DNA of 64,000 bases from Candidatus Nomurabacteria bacterium (GCA_037134695.1 JBAXLU010000001.1:11551-75550), one strand, 5' to 3'; positions 9,486-18,503 are shown, counted from the stretch's first letter. Notes: generated from the sequence alone by a model not told the origin. Made by a program: numbers and translations.

Positions 9486-9953
9486 ATGGATACTATAAAA
9501 GAACTTCGTGAGGAAACAGGATTATCATTTGCACAAATTAAGAAAGCTCTTGATGAAGCAAATGGAGACAAAGAAAAGGCACGTGCTGTCCTTTCAGAAT
9601 ACTCTGCAGCTCAAGCAGAAAAGAAGGCTGACCGTGAAGTGGCAGCTGGCGTTGTCTCAGCTTATATTCATGGAAATGCTACAATTGGTGTTCTATTAGA
9701 GCTTGGTTGTGAAACTGACTTCGTTGCAAAGAATGAAGAGTTCGTAGCTCTTGCAAAAGATTTAGCTATGCATGTATGTGCTATGTCACCAACTTCAATT
9801 GATAATGAAGATGGTTTAGGAGAAGAAACAGCTTTACTTAAGCAAGCCTTCATTAAAGATCCTTCTATGACTGTAGAGCAAAAAATTCAAGCTGCCGTAC
9901 AAAAGTTTGGAGAGAACACAAAAGTGATTAAATTCACACGCTACGCCATCTAA
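9486..9953 (+). CDS. tsf: elongation factor Ts (short form)
   Basis: 155-aa ORF; N-terminal UBA-like TIKELREETGLSFAQIKKAL; gene order rpsB-tsf conserved. Confidence 0.8.
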   Translation: MDTIKELREETGLSFAQIKKALDEANGDKEKARAVLSEYSAAQAEKKADREVAAGVVSAYIHGNATIGVLLELGCETDFVAKNEEFVALAKDLAMHVCAMSPTSIDNEDGLGEETALLKQAFIKDPSMTVEQKIQAAVQKFGENTKVIKFTRYAI

Positions 9954-9969
9954 GGCTTAGCAAAAAACC

Positions 9970-10362
9970 ATGCTTATCTATATTTTATTTATAAGTGGAC
10001 TAGTATCAGCTCTTGGGGCTGTTTCTATTGTTCTACTTCAATTTTATAAGATTAAGAGTGGACAAATAGTCGTCGATGAAAGTTTTGATGGACCAAAGCA
10101 AGTATATGCAACTTTAATTGTTATACTTAGATATTTTTTGCGCCGCACAGTTTACTTTCGTAAATTTGTTATGCAATATGCACTACATATAATCGTTAGA
10201 GGTATGTTTTATTTAGATAAAGGTTTTTCAAAACTTTACGCTGTATCTCGCGATATGTTTGTAAAAAATGCAGTTAGAAACAGAGGCACTGTCCCACATT
10301 TTTGGAATCACTTGAAGGTTTATAAGCAGGAGATGGATAAGGAAAAAGAGAATAAAGACTAG
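9970..10362 (+). CDS. hypothetical protein
   Basis: 130-aa ORF, one N-terminal TM helix, no motif recognised. Confidence 0.3.
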   Translation: MLIYILFISGLVSALGAVSIVLLQFYKIKSGQIVVDESFDGPKQVYATLIVILRYFLRRTVYFRKFVMQYALHIIVRGMFYLDKGFSKLYAVSRDMFVKNAVRNRGTVPHFWNHLKVYKQEMDKEKENKD

Positions 10363-10489
10363 AATATATTATATAATATTTAGTCCAAAAAAGATGACAA
10401 ATAACCTATTTTATGATAGGATATTGTAACGTTATTCTAGATATTTGACTGTTGTCTTATATCTGTTATCTAACGTATTTTTCTTTTTT

Positions 10490-10565
10490 GCCGCTTTAGC
10501 TCAGTTGGTAGAGCAACGGTTTTGTAAACCGTAGGTCCTCAGTTCGAATCTGAGAAGCGGCTCCA
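10490..10565 (+). tRNA. tRNA-Thr (anticodon UGU), CCA encoded
   Basis: hand-folded cloverleaf: acceptor GCCGCTT/AAGCGGC, D-arm GCTC-AGTTGGTA-GAGC, anticodon arm ACGGT-TTTGTAA-ACCGT, T-arm CTCAG-TTCGAAT-CTGAG, then TCCA. Confidence 0.85.
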
Positions 10566-10604
10566 TAAATAATGGTGGTAGCCTTATTTATTGCCGATTC
10601 AACA

Positions 10605-10744
10605 AATCAGCCTGCGCTGATTTGTGGCAGATTCGAATGGGCGCAGTGATGTTTCGCTAGCAAGCGAAACCACGAGCGGCGGGCTGCGAGTCTTGTGAGC
10701 GACGGCGAACAAGAACTTGTAGCCGAATCTGAGAAGCGGCTCCA
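10605..10744 (+). repeat. tRNA-adjacent structured element, copy A (ends with a 21-nt exact copy of the tRNA-Thr 3' end)
   Basis: ~80% identical to 53211-53342; hairpin AATCAGC-CTGC-GCTGATT, conserved core GGCAGATTCGAATGGGC..CTAGCAAG..AAACCACGAGCGGCGGGCTGCGAGT, second hairpin TCTTGT..ACAAGA, then CTTGTAGCC + CGAATCTGAGAAGCGGCTCCA (= 10545-10565). Confidence 0.55.
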
Positions 10745-10752
10745 ATACAGAT

Positions 10753-11499
10753 ATGATTGATACTAAAAAATACATTTTTACATTCGCTATAACATCTGCG
10801 ATCTTTGCGACCGCATTTTTTACATCAACCTTTTTTTCCAATAAAAGAATCGAGAGTGTTAAGTCTATTCAAGATAATATTGCTATAGATATTCTTTCTA
10901 GTGAAACACAGTTCTCTCTTCTTGGAGAAGTTCCTTGTTCAAATGTGGGTGAGGGCAGTCTATCACCAGAACTATCTACTCTTGGAGATAAACTTTCTCG
11001 TACAGAGGCTGATCGTGGTACAAAAGATAAAGATGTTATTTATTTAAAAAAATATTATTCGCTTCTTCAGATAAAGGATTATCTATTGTCAAAAAAGTTA
11101 GCTAATAAATGTGGAGTTACAAAAAAACCAATTTTTATAATTTATTTTTATTCTAATCAAGGTGACTGTGTTGATTGTGAAAAGGAAGGTTATGTACTTA
11201 CTCGTTTAAGAGAGATACATCCAGATTTACGTATATATTCATTTGATTACAATTTGGATCTTACAGCAATAGATTCTATGAAAACTATATATCGCGTTAA
11301 GTCTTCGTTGCCGGCTCTTGTTATTGAAGACAAAACTTATGTTGGATTTAAAACCGTTGAAGAACTTGAAAAACTCCTCCCTGACACACTTAAAGTAGCA
11401 ACTACTACTCCTAAAAAGGTTACTGTAAAATATAATCCACCTAAGGTTATAGTAAGTGGTACCACTACAGTAGCGACTACAACAAAAGTTGTAAATTAA
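10753..11499 (+). CDS. hypothetical membrane-anchored protein with CxxC (thioredoxin-like?) motif
   Basis: 248-aa ORF; N-terminal TM; YFYSNQGDCVDCEKEGY; Thr-rich C-terminus. Confidence 0.4.
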   Translation: MIDTKKYIFTFAITSAIFATAFFTSTFFSNKRIESVKSIQDNIAIDILSSETQFSLLGEVPCSNVGEGSLSPELSTLGDKLSRTEADRGTKDKDVIYLKKYYSLLQIKDYLLSKKLANKCGVTKKPIFIIYFYSNQGDCVDCEKEGYVLTRLREIHPDLRIYSFDYNLDLTAIDSMKTIYRVKSSLPALVIEDKTYVGFKTVEELEKLLPDTLKVATTTPKKVTVKYNPPKVIVSGTTTVATTTKVVN

Positions 11500-11503
11500 T
11501 TTT

Positions 11504-12766
11504 ATGATATATTCCATATTATATGGGCTCATGTATCCATTTCTATTTTTATCAATATATTTTCAAGTACTACTTTTAACTTCATTTTTTGAGAATAAAA
11601 AAAAGATTAAAAAGGAGGAAAAACATGAGATAAAAAATTATCCAACAGTAACTATTGTTGTTCCGTGTTGGAATGAAGAAAAAACACTTGCGTCTACTCT
11701 TGATTCACTGCTTGCACTTGATTATCCAAAAGATAAACTTTCAGTAATTGTTGTTGATGATGGAAGTAAAGATAGAACTCTTGCTATCGCTGAGATATAT
11801 GCATACAACAACTCAGAACAGATAAGAGTACTTTCAAAAGAAAATGGTGGTAAACATACCGCTGTTAATCTTGCTTTAGAAAATTCAAAATCAGATTTAT
11901 TTGGCTGTTTAGATGCAGACTCTTCAGTTGAAGTTAATACACTTAAAATAATGGTGTCATATTTTGATGCTGATAAAAGTGTTATGTCTGTAACTCCGTG
12001 TATACACATTCGTAACCCACGTACACTTATTCAACGATTACAAGCTACGGAATATTTAATAAATATATTTGTGCGTAAGGCATATGGACAGCTTGATTCT
12101 ATATTAGTGGCTCCAGGATCATTTTCTATATTCCGTAAAGAAGTATTTGAGATAGTTGGTAATTATAGCAAAGCTCATAATACAGAAGATTTCGAAATTA
12201 CTTTACGTATGCATAAAGCACATTTGAAGGTTATGAATTCACATAAAGCACTCGTGTATACAGTTGGTCCCGCAACAGCAAAAGGATTTTTTTATCAACA
12301 TTTACGTTGGGCTAGGGGATTTCTTGAAAACTCTATTAATTATCGCGAGTTATTTTTTAAAAAAGAATATGGTAATTTCGGTATGTTTACATTGCCTGTA
12401 GCTTTTATTTTTATATTTTATGGTTTGTATGCCACCATTTTTGCTGTTTATAGTATCTCGTCACAATTAATTATTTCTATTAACAGATGGGTTACGGTTG
12501 GTTTTCATCCACAAATGCCAATATTTGATCTTTTTTATTTTAATACCACAGTAATGTCGTTTATAGTAATGGTTATGTTTTCTATGCTTCTGTTAGTTCT
12601 TTATATCGGTAATACTCTTTCAGATGACAAACAACAGTTTTATATTAACTTTCCTATTTTTTTTGTTTTATACCCCATATTCGCTCCATTATTTTTTGGA
12701 CGTGCAGTTTTTGACACTTTCTTTAAAAGAAGAAATGAATGGGTGCTTCAGGATACGAAGAAGTAG
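11504..12766 (+). CDS. GT2-family processive membrane glycosyltransferase (cellulose/chitin/PNAG-synthase-like)
   Basis: 420-aa ORF; GT-A DxD (VVDDGSKDRT; LDADS), QxxRW motif (QHLRWARG), multiple TM helices. Confidence 0.8.
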   Translation: MIYSILYGLMYPFLFLSIYFQVLLLTSFFENKKKIKKEEKHEIKNYPTVTIVVPCWNEEKTLASTLDSLLALDYPKDKLSVIVVDDGSKDRTLAIAEIYAYNNSEQIRVLSKENGGKHTAVNLALENSKSDLFGCLDADSSVEVNTLKIMVSYFDADKSVMSVTPCIHIRNPRTLIQRLQATEYLINIFVRKAYGQLDSILVAPGSFSIFRKEVFEIVGNYSKAHNTEDFEITLRMHKAHLKVMNSHKALVYTVGPATAKGFFYQHLRWARGFLENSINYRELFFKKEYGNFGMFTLPVAFIFIFYGLYATIFAVYSISSQLIISINRWVTVGFHPQMPIFDLFYFNTTVMSFIVMVMFSMLLLVLYIGNTLSDDKQQFYINFPIFFVLYPIFAPLFFGRAVFDTFFKRRNEWVLQDTKK

Positions 12767-12810
12767 TCTATAAAGTTCATAAAGTTGAAAGTTTATAAAG
12801 TGGGTCCGAT

Positions 12811-12853
12811 GCGAGCGACCCCCAAGTGGTCGCTCGCGTCGTATTTTGGTTTA
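12811..12853 (+). terminator. intrinsic terminator after the GT2 gene, embedded in an AT-motif palindromic element
   Basis: GCGAGCGACC-CCCAAGT-GGTCGCTCGC then GTCGTATTTTGGTTT; flanked by inverted TTTATAAAGTTGAAAGT-type motifs (12767-12895). Confidence 0.6.
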
Positions 12854-12890
12854 CTTTCAACTTTATGAACTTTAAAAACTTTCAACTAAG

Positions 12891-13754
12891 ATGGCCGTTC
12901 ATAAATTTCATTTTTATGATAAAATGAAATTTATGAACGGCCATCTCCACCCCATTACTCTCGCAGTTGCACGTATTTCCGACATCTTTTCCAAGATGGG
13001 TTTTGATACAGTTGATGGTCCAGAGCTAGAAGATGAATGGCACAATTTTGATGCACTAAACGTTCCAGCTGATCACCCAGCGAGAGATATGCAGGATACC
13101 TTCTTCATCAGAATGGGTACTGATGAAGCGCAGACTAACGCAGAACGGACGCAGAAGGTCGCAGAAGGAATACAAAGGACAGGCATTAATAAATTCGGTG
13201 AACCCATGGGCTATGTTCTTCGTACACATACTAGTAACATGCAGATCCGCACTATGGAAAAATATACAGCGGAAGGTAAAGAATTGCCTATTGCTATTTG
13301 TTGCCCGGGAAAAGTTTTTCGCAATGAAGCAACAGACGCAACCCACGAAGCACAATTTCATCAAATAGAAATGTTATATGTTGCAAAAGATGCATCACTA
13401 GCTATGATGATAGGTGTAATTGAAAAGTTTTTCTCAGAATTTTTTGGAACAGATTTAGTGATTAGACTTCGTTCAAGTTATTTTCCATTCGTTGAGCCGG
13501 GCAATGAAGTGGATATGCAATGTTTTAAGTGTAAAGGTAGTGGTTGTAATATTTGTAAACAAACTGGTTGGATAGAAATAGGTGGTGCTGGAATGGTGCA
13601 TCCAAAAGTATTAGAAGCAGGAGGAATTAATCCAGCTGATTATCGTGGTTTTGCTTTTGGTTGTGGTATAGACAGAATGGTAATGCTTAAATATGGAATT
13701 GAAGATGTTCGTCTTTTGTATAATGGAGATTTAAGAGTGGTCAATCAATTTTAA
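12891..13754 (+). CDS. pheS: phenylalanine--tRNA ligase alpha subunit
   Basis: 287-aa ORF; class II motifs (LRTHTS, FRNEATDATHEAQFHQIEM, GAGMVHPKVL, GFAFGCGIDRM); alternative start at 12927; carries an in-frame short-repeat insertion at 13127-13185. Confidence 0.85.
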   Translation: MAVHKFHFYDKMKFMNGHLHPITLAVARISDIFSKMGFDTVDGPELEDEWHNFDALNVPADHPARDMQDTFFIRMGTDEAQTNAERTQKVAEGIQRTGINKFGEPMGYVLRTHTSNMQIRTMEKYTAEGKELPIAICCPGKVFRNEATDATHEAQFHQIEMLYVAKDASLAMMIGVIEKFFSEFFGTDLVIRLRSSYFPFVEPGNEVDMQCFKCKGSGCNICKQTGWIEIGGAGMVHPKVLEAGGINPADYRGFAFGCGIDRMVMLKYGIEDVRLLYNGDLRVVNQF

Positions 13755-13756
13755 TT

Positions 13757-15721
13757 ATGAAATTTTCTAAAGCGTGGTTACAAGATTATATTGTCGAGAC
13801 ACTTCCAGAAGATGGTGTGATTTCAGAGGCTTTTAATAAAAAATCTTTTGAAGTTGAAGAAACGCGGACTATCGCGGAACAAACGCAGAATGACGCGGAA
13901 GGAATACAAACTGACGATTATAAGGATACGGTTTTTGATATTAAAGTTTTACCAAATAGAGCCCACGATGCATTAGGCCACAGGGGTATGGCCCGTGAAC
14001 TTTGTGCAGATTTTGGTTTTACATTTAAGGAAGATGAGAGAATAAATAAAAACGAATCTTTTTTTGACTCAACTATTCCGGCTCCAGCAGTTTCAATAGA
14101 AAATGGTGAAAAATGTACTCGTTTTATGGGAATAAGAATAGATGGTGTAATGGTCACAGAAAGCCCAAAATGGCTCAGAGAAAGGCTTGAATCTATAGGA
14201 CAGCGAAGTATTAACAATATTGTTGATATCACTAACTATGTGCAGTTTTCGCTCAATAAGCCTATGCATGCTTATGACACAAGGAGTATTAAGGGTATTT
14301 TGGGTGCGCGCGTAGCGCGCACTGGTGAGATGCTAGTTACTTTGGATGAAAAGTCACTTAATCTTGATACTCAAACTCTTGTAATTGTAGATGATGAAAA
14401 AGTTCTAGGGCTAGCTGGAATAAAAGGAGGAAAATTTAGTGGTATACAATCTGATACAACAAGTGTTATTTTAGAGAGTGCAAATTTCGAACCAACCCTT
14501 ATCCGCAAGACTTCACAGAAATATGATTTAAGAACAGATGCTTCAAAACGTTTTGAAAATGGAATTGCAAACTCTTTAATTGAAGAAGGTTTATATATGA
14601 CCGCAAATCTAATTAAAGAATTATGTGCTGATGCGAAGGTTTCACTTGTAACAGATATTTATCCAAAGGTAGATGAGATATTTTCATTATCTGTTTCACT
14701 TGATGAAATTAATGCAATATTAGGTACAAAATATTCTAGGGAAGAAGTAGAAGAAACATTTAAAAAACTTTTATTTAAATTTACGACAAAAGGAAATGTT
14801 TATACAGTTGAAGTTCCATCTGAAAGACTAGATATACGAATTAAAGAAGATGTCACAGAAGAAGTGGGACGTATTATTGGATATGACAAACTTATACCAA
14901 CTCTTCCTGTTTTAAATCGCGTAGGTCTTCCTCATAAGAGAATGTTTTATGAAAATAAAATAAGAGAAATTTTAGTGAGAAATGGTTTCTCTGAAGTCAT
15001 GACTTATACTTTTGGTGATCAGGGTGAGGTGGAACTTGTAAAAGGATTGGCTCTAGATAAAGAAAAACTTCGTGACAGTTTAGGTAATGGTATATTAAAT
15101 TCTCTATCATTAAATCTTTACAACGCACCACTTCTCGGTGAAAAAACAATTAAGATTTTTGAAATTGGGAATGTTTTTGGAAAAGATACAGAGACAAGAC
15201 ATTTATCTCTTGCAATTGATGACGGTGCGAAGAAAAGTAATTTCACAGATGGAGTCGATATGATATTAGTTGAAATTAAACGCACTTTAGAATTGCCATC
15301 ACTTGAATGTACAACAGTTTCAACTAAACCTTATGTTATTGAAATTGATTTTGATACAATGATTGCATCACTTCCGGAGCCTACAAATTATGAAGCGCCT
15401 ACATTCACGTCTTTACCTTTCGTTAATTACAAATCAGTCTCGTCTTATCCGTTTATTGCCCGTGATATTGCTATGTGGGTACCTGCTGTTACAACATGGG
15501 AGAGTATCAATAATCTTTGTGCTGAAGTACGGAATACTCTTGTTACTCGTGTTGATCTTTTTGATACTTTCACGAAAGAAATAGAGGGCATAAGAAAAAC
15601 TTCTTTCGCATTTCGCTTAGTTTTTCAAAGTTATGAAAAGACATTAACAGATGAAGAGGTGAATGAAATGATGGAAGCTTATTATAAAGTTTTTAAGGAA
15701 AAAGGTTACGAGATTCGCTAA
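13757..15721 (+). CDS. pheT: phenylalanine--tRNA ligase beta subunit (short form lacking N-terminal OB domain)
   Basis: 654-aa ORF directly after pheS; B3/B4 and B5 and C-terminal anticodon-binding-like regions recognisable; in-frame short-repeat insertion at 13866-13912. Confidence 0.8.
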   Translation: MKFSKAWLQDYIVETLPEDGVISEAFNKKSFEVEETRTIAEQTQNDAEGIQTDDYKDTVFDIKVLPNRAHDALGHRGMARELCADFGFTFKEDERINKNESFFDSTIPAPAVSIENGEKCTRFMGIRIDGVMVTESPKWLRERLESIGQRSINNIVDITNYVQFSLNKPMHAYDTRSIKGILGARVARTGEMLVTLDEKSLNLDTQTLVIVDDEKVLGLAGIKGGKFSGIQSDTTSVILESANFEPTLIRKTSQKYDLRTDASKRFENGIANSLIEEGLYMTANLIKELCADAKVSLVTDIYPKVDEIFSLSVSLDEINAILGTKYSREEVEETFKKLLFKFTTKGNVYTVEVPSERLDIRIKEDVTEEVGRIIGYDKLIPTLPVLNRVGLPHKRMFYENKIREILVRNGFSEVMTYTFGDQGEVELVKGLALDKEKLRDSLGNGILNSLSLNLYNAPLLGEKTIKIFEIGNVFGKDTETRHLSLAIDDGAKKSNFTDGVDMILVEIKRTLELPSLECTTVSTKPYVIEIDFDTMIASLPEPTNYEAPTFTSLPFVNYKSVSSYPFIARDIAMWVPAVTTWESINNLCAEVRNTLVTRVDLFDTFTKEIEGIRKTSFAFRLVFQSYEKTLTDEEVNEMMEAYYKVFKEKGYEIR

Positions 15722-15722
15722 T

Positions 15723-17006
15723 ATGAAATTAACAGATTATAAAAATATACACTGCATCGGAATTGGAGGCATTGGACTTTCAGCTCTTGCTAGATATTGT
15801 CATGCAAATGGCTCAAGTGTTAGTGGTTCGGATGGGGTAACATCTGATATTATTGAAAAATTAAAACAGGAGGGATTAGATATTTTTATTGGACAATCTG
15901 CCTCTAATATTAAAGATAATATTGATTTAGTTATTTATACTATTGCAATTAGTGATGATAATGCTGAATTAGTTGAAGCAAGAAATAGGGGAATAAAGTG
16001 TATGACATATCCTGAAGCTCTTGGACTTTTAACAAAAGAATATACAACTATTTCTGTGTGTGGAACTCACGGCAAGACAACTACAACTGCTATGACTTAT
16101 TACGCGCTAAAAGCATGTGGTATTAATCCAACAATTATTATTGGTAGTTTATTATCAGATGGTGGAACAAATTTTATTGCAGGGGATAGCAAGTATTTGG
16201 TTGTTGAATCTTGTGAATATCGAAGATCATTTCTTAATTTAAACCCTCGTCATATTATTGTTACAAATATTGATGCTGATCATTTGGATTATTATAAAGA
16301 CATTGAAGATATACACGAAGCTTTTCAATCATTTGCATATAAATTAGATGAAGAAGGTTTTTTGGTAACACATAGTAATGTTTCTTTAAATACAAAAGCA
16401 AAAAAAATAGACGCGGATTGTATTGATAGAAAAAGTATTGAGTTAAGTGTCTTAGGTGAACACAATCAATCAAATGCACAGTTAGTTTGTGCTCTTCTAG
16501 AAGAACTCGGATTAGATGAAGAAAAAATACGTGAAGGCTTGAAGAATTTTCCAGGCACATGGCGTAGATTAGAATACAAAGGTAAAACAGAAAATGGTGT
16601 TGTAGTTTATGATGACTATGGTCATCATCCGAATGAAATCAAAGCGACACTGGAAGCTATTAGAGAAAAGTATTCAAAAGAAGATTATAAACTTCATGTA
16701 TTTTTCCAGCCACATCTTCACTCTCGCACTAAAGCTTTCTTTGAAGAATTTGGTGATGTTTTAAAAGAAGCAGATTTTGTTTCCTTGATGCCAATTTATA
16801 AAGCAAGACTAGAGACTGATTTGTCAGTTTCTTCAGAAGATTTGAGAGATTCAATTATTAAAAAAGGAGGACATGCAGAAACTCTTGTTTCTGTAACTGA
16901 TTTACCTGAATCTGTTATGTCTATTGTCGATTCTAATACTATTGTACTTAACATTGGAGCAGGGGACGCATTTGCAGAACTTAATAAAATTCCTCTTAAA
17001 AAATAA
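15723..17006 (+). CDS. murC: UDP-N-acetylmuramate--L-alanine ligase (Mur ligase family)
   Basis: 427-aa ORF; N-terminal IHCIGIGGIGLSALA and P-loop VCGTHGKTTTTAM typical of MurC. Confidence 0.7.
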   Translation: MKLTDYKNIHCIGIGGIGLSALARYCHANGSSVSGSDGVTSDIIEKLKQEGLDIFIGQSASNIKDNIDLVIYTIAISDDNAELVEARNRGIKCMTYPEALGLLTKEYTTISVCGTHGKTTTTAMTYYALKACGINPTIIIGSLLSDGGTNFIAGDSKYLVVESCEYRRSFLNLNPRHIIVTNIDADHLDYYKDIEDIHEAFQSFAYKLDEEGFLVTHSNVSLNTKAKKIDADCIDRKSIELSVLGEHNQSNAQLVCALLEELGLDEEKIREGLKNFPGTWRRLEYKGKTENGVVVYDDYGHHPNEIKATLEAIREKYSKEDYKLHVFFQPHLHSRTKAFFEEFGDVLKEADFVSLMPIYKARLETDLSVSSEDLRDSIIKKGGHAETLVSVTDLPESVMSIVDSNTIVLNIGAGDAFAELNKIPLKK

Positions 17007-17008
17007 AT

Positions 17009-18463
17009 ATGAAAAAAGAAATTTATTTGCCATATTTTGAAAATAAGAAAGTAACAGTAATGGGACTTGGTTTACTTGGTCGTGGATTAGGAGATACAGA
17101 ATTTCTTGCAAAAAATGGAGCAGAGTTAATTGTTACAGATAAAAAAACAGAGGCAGAATTAATTAATTCTGTGTCGATACTTTCAAAATATGAAAATATA
17201 ATTTATCATCTCGGTGAGCATAAAGTAGAAGATTTTGAAAACAGAGATTTTATTTTAAAAGCAGCAGGAGTTGCATTAGATAATCAATACATTGCTAGCG
17301 CGCGTGAAAAAGACATTCCTATTTATATGTCAGCATCACTTCTTTCTGATATCGTGATGAAGAATTTACCGAATGTAAAAATAATCGGTGTTACAGGTAC
17401 TCGTGGTAAGAGTACAACTACACAGTTAATTGCCCATATTTTAAAATCTGCGGGCATGAAGGTTCATCTTGGTGGGAATATTCGTGGAGTGGCTAATCTT
17501 CCATTGTTAGATGAAATAGAAGATGGAGATTATTTGGTTTTGGAATTAGATTCGTGGCAGTTGCAAGGATTTGGAGATATGAAAATTAGTCCTCATATTG
17601 CAGTCTTTACATCTTTCTTGGACGATCACATGAATTATTATAAGAATGATAAGGAATTATATTTTAATGATAAGGCAAATATTTATCGTAATCAAAAAGA
17701 ATTGGATATTTTAATAGTTAGCCCTGAAGCAGAAGAAGAAATAAAAAAAAGAGATCCTAATCAAGAGATGGTTATCGCTGTTAATAGCCATATTGAAACT
17801 AGTTTAATTGGTGAACATAATCAGATAGCCGCTAAATTAGCTTATGAAGTAGCTTCTCAATGTGGATTAGACGATACGACTATTCGTGAAGCCATAGCTA
17901 GTTTTAAGGCGGTGGAGGGGAGATTGGAGGATATGGGGTTCTATAAAACAAATCTTATTAATTTGGATGAAATTCAAGGAAAAGACAATGTTTCGAGTGA
18001 GGTGTACAAATCGTACAGTGAACGAGAAACAGAAGTTTTTGACGAAGAAGTTCGCCAAATTAATAAGATTTGTAAAGGAATAAGAGTATTTAATGACAAC
18101 AATGGCACAACTGGAGATGCAACCATAAAAGCATTGGAATCAATCAAGACAACTTTTAACATAAAACCTATCTTAATCGTTGGTGGTAAGGATAAAGGTT
18201 TACCAATAGAGAATCTTGAAAAATCAATTAAAGAAAATACTAAAGCCGTAATTTATTTATCAGGTACCGGAACCGACAGATTGAATCTTCTAAAAGAATA
18301 TGAGTTTGAAAAATTATCTGATTGTGTAGACAAAGCTTTTGCTCTAGCAGATGAGGGGGATATTATTTTATTTTCTCCAGCATTTGCATCTTTTTCAAAG
18401 TATTTTAATAATGAATATGAAAAGAATGATGAGTTTGTGAGAGCGGTAGTGAAATATAAATAG
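17009..18463 (+). CDS. murD: UDP-N-acetylmuramoylalanine--D-glutamate ligase (Mur ligase family)
   Basis: 484-aa ORF; N-terminal Rossmann VTVMGLGLLGRGLG...VTD and P-loop IGVTGTRGKSTTT. Confidence 0.65.
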   Translation: MKKEIYLPYFENKKVTVMGLGLLGRGLGDTEFLAKNGAELIVTDKKTEAELINSVSILSKYENIIYHLGEHKVEDFENRDFILKAAGVALDNQYIASAREKDIPIYMSASLLSDIVMKNLPNVKIIGVTGTRGKSTTTQLIAHILKSAGMKVHLGGNIRGVANLPLLDEIEDGDYLVLELDSWQLQGFGDMKISPHIAVFTSFLDDHMNYYKNDKELYFNDKANIYRNQKELDILIVSPEAEEEIKKRDPNQEMVIAVNSHIETSLIGEHNQIAAKLAYEVASQCGLDDTTIREAIASFKAVEGRLEDMGFYKTNLINLDEIQGKDNVSSEVYKSYSERETEVFDEEVRQINKICKGIRVFNDNNGTTGDATIKALESIKTTFNIKPILIVGGKDKGLPIENLEKSIKENTKAVIYLSGTGTDRLNLLKEYEFEKLSDCVDKAFALADEGDIILFSPAFASFSKYFNNEYEKNDEFVRAVVKYK

Positions 18464-18503
18464 CTTAATTGACAAAACTATACCATAATATATACTTTGG
18501 TAT

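Noticed and set aside
10605-10744. tmRNA (ssrA) hypothesis for the tRNA-adjacent element: GCTGATT..GGCAGATTCGAATGGG loosely resembles the tmRNA 5' end GGGGCUGAUUCUGGAUUCGACGGG, and the element ends in a T-loop/acceptor/CCA segment
   Set aside because: The terminal acceptor copy is tRNA-Thr-specific (no G3-U70 alanine identity). No 5' acceptor strand pairs with it. The element is ~140 nt rather than ~350. Translating the conserved core gives no ...ALAA-type tag (frames give ASKRNHERRAAS...). A second, different copy exists after tRNA-Phe.
10599-10841. 80-aa minus-strand ORF overlapping the tRNA-Thr-adjacent element, and the analogous 69-aa ORF at 53064-53273 overlapping tRNA-Phe
   Set aside because: Both are antisense to a tRNA and/or run through the conserved non-coding element. 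The shared PFE tripeptide is just the reverse complement of TTCGAATGGG. No start context; typical tRNA-antisense artefacts.
13056-13368. Small ORFs 13056-13364(-) and 13123-13368(+) inside pheS, and similar internal or antisense ORFs (e.g. 1368-1598, 1872-2075, 2564-2746, 5283-5533, 6182-6753, 7364-7878, 9153-9395, 9508-9853, 11239-11532, 11722-12009, 13918-14232, 15363-15584, 16261-16560, 17867-18162, 19875-20153, 20725-21009, 21126-21702, 23617-24000, 24525-24725, 27707-27973, 28741-29113, 29246-29458, 31346-31564, 31988-32221, 33032-34059, 34272-34457, 35147-35371, 35780-35971, 36156-36380, 38302-38496, 40396-40602, 40823-41047, 41369-41963, 42355-42597, 44776-45087, 46197-46391, 47502-47756, 49559-49756, 51697-52170, 57862-58167, 59613-59855, 61780-62055, 63244-63528)
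   Set aside because: All overlap much longer ORFs with clear homology-style motifs on the same or opposite strand. They have low-complexity or repeat-driven composition and no independent support.
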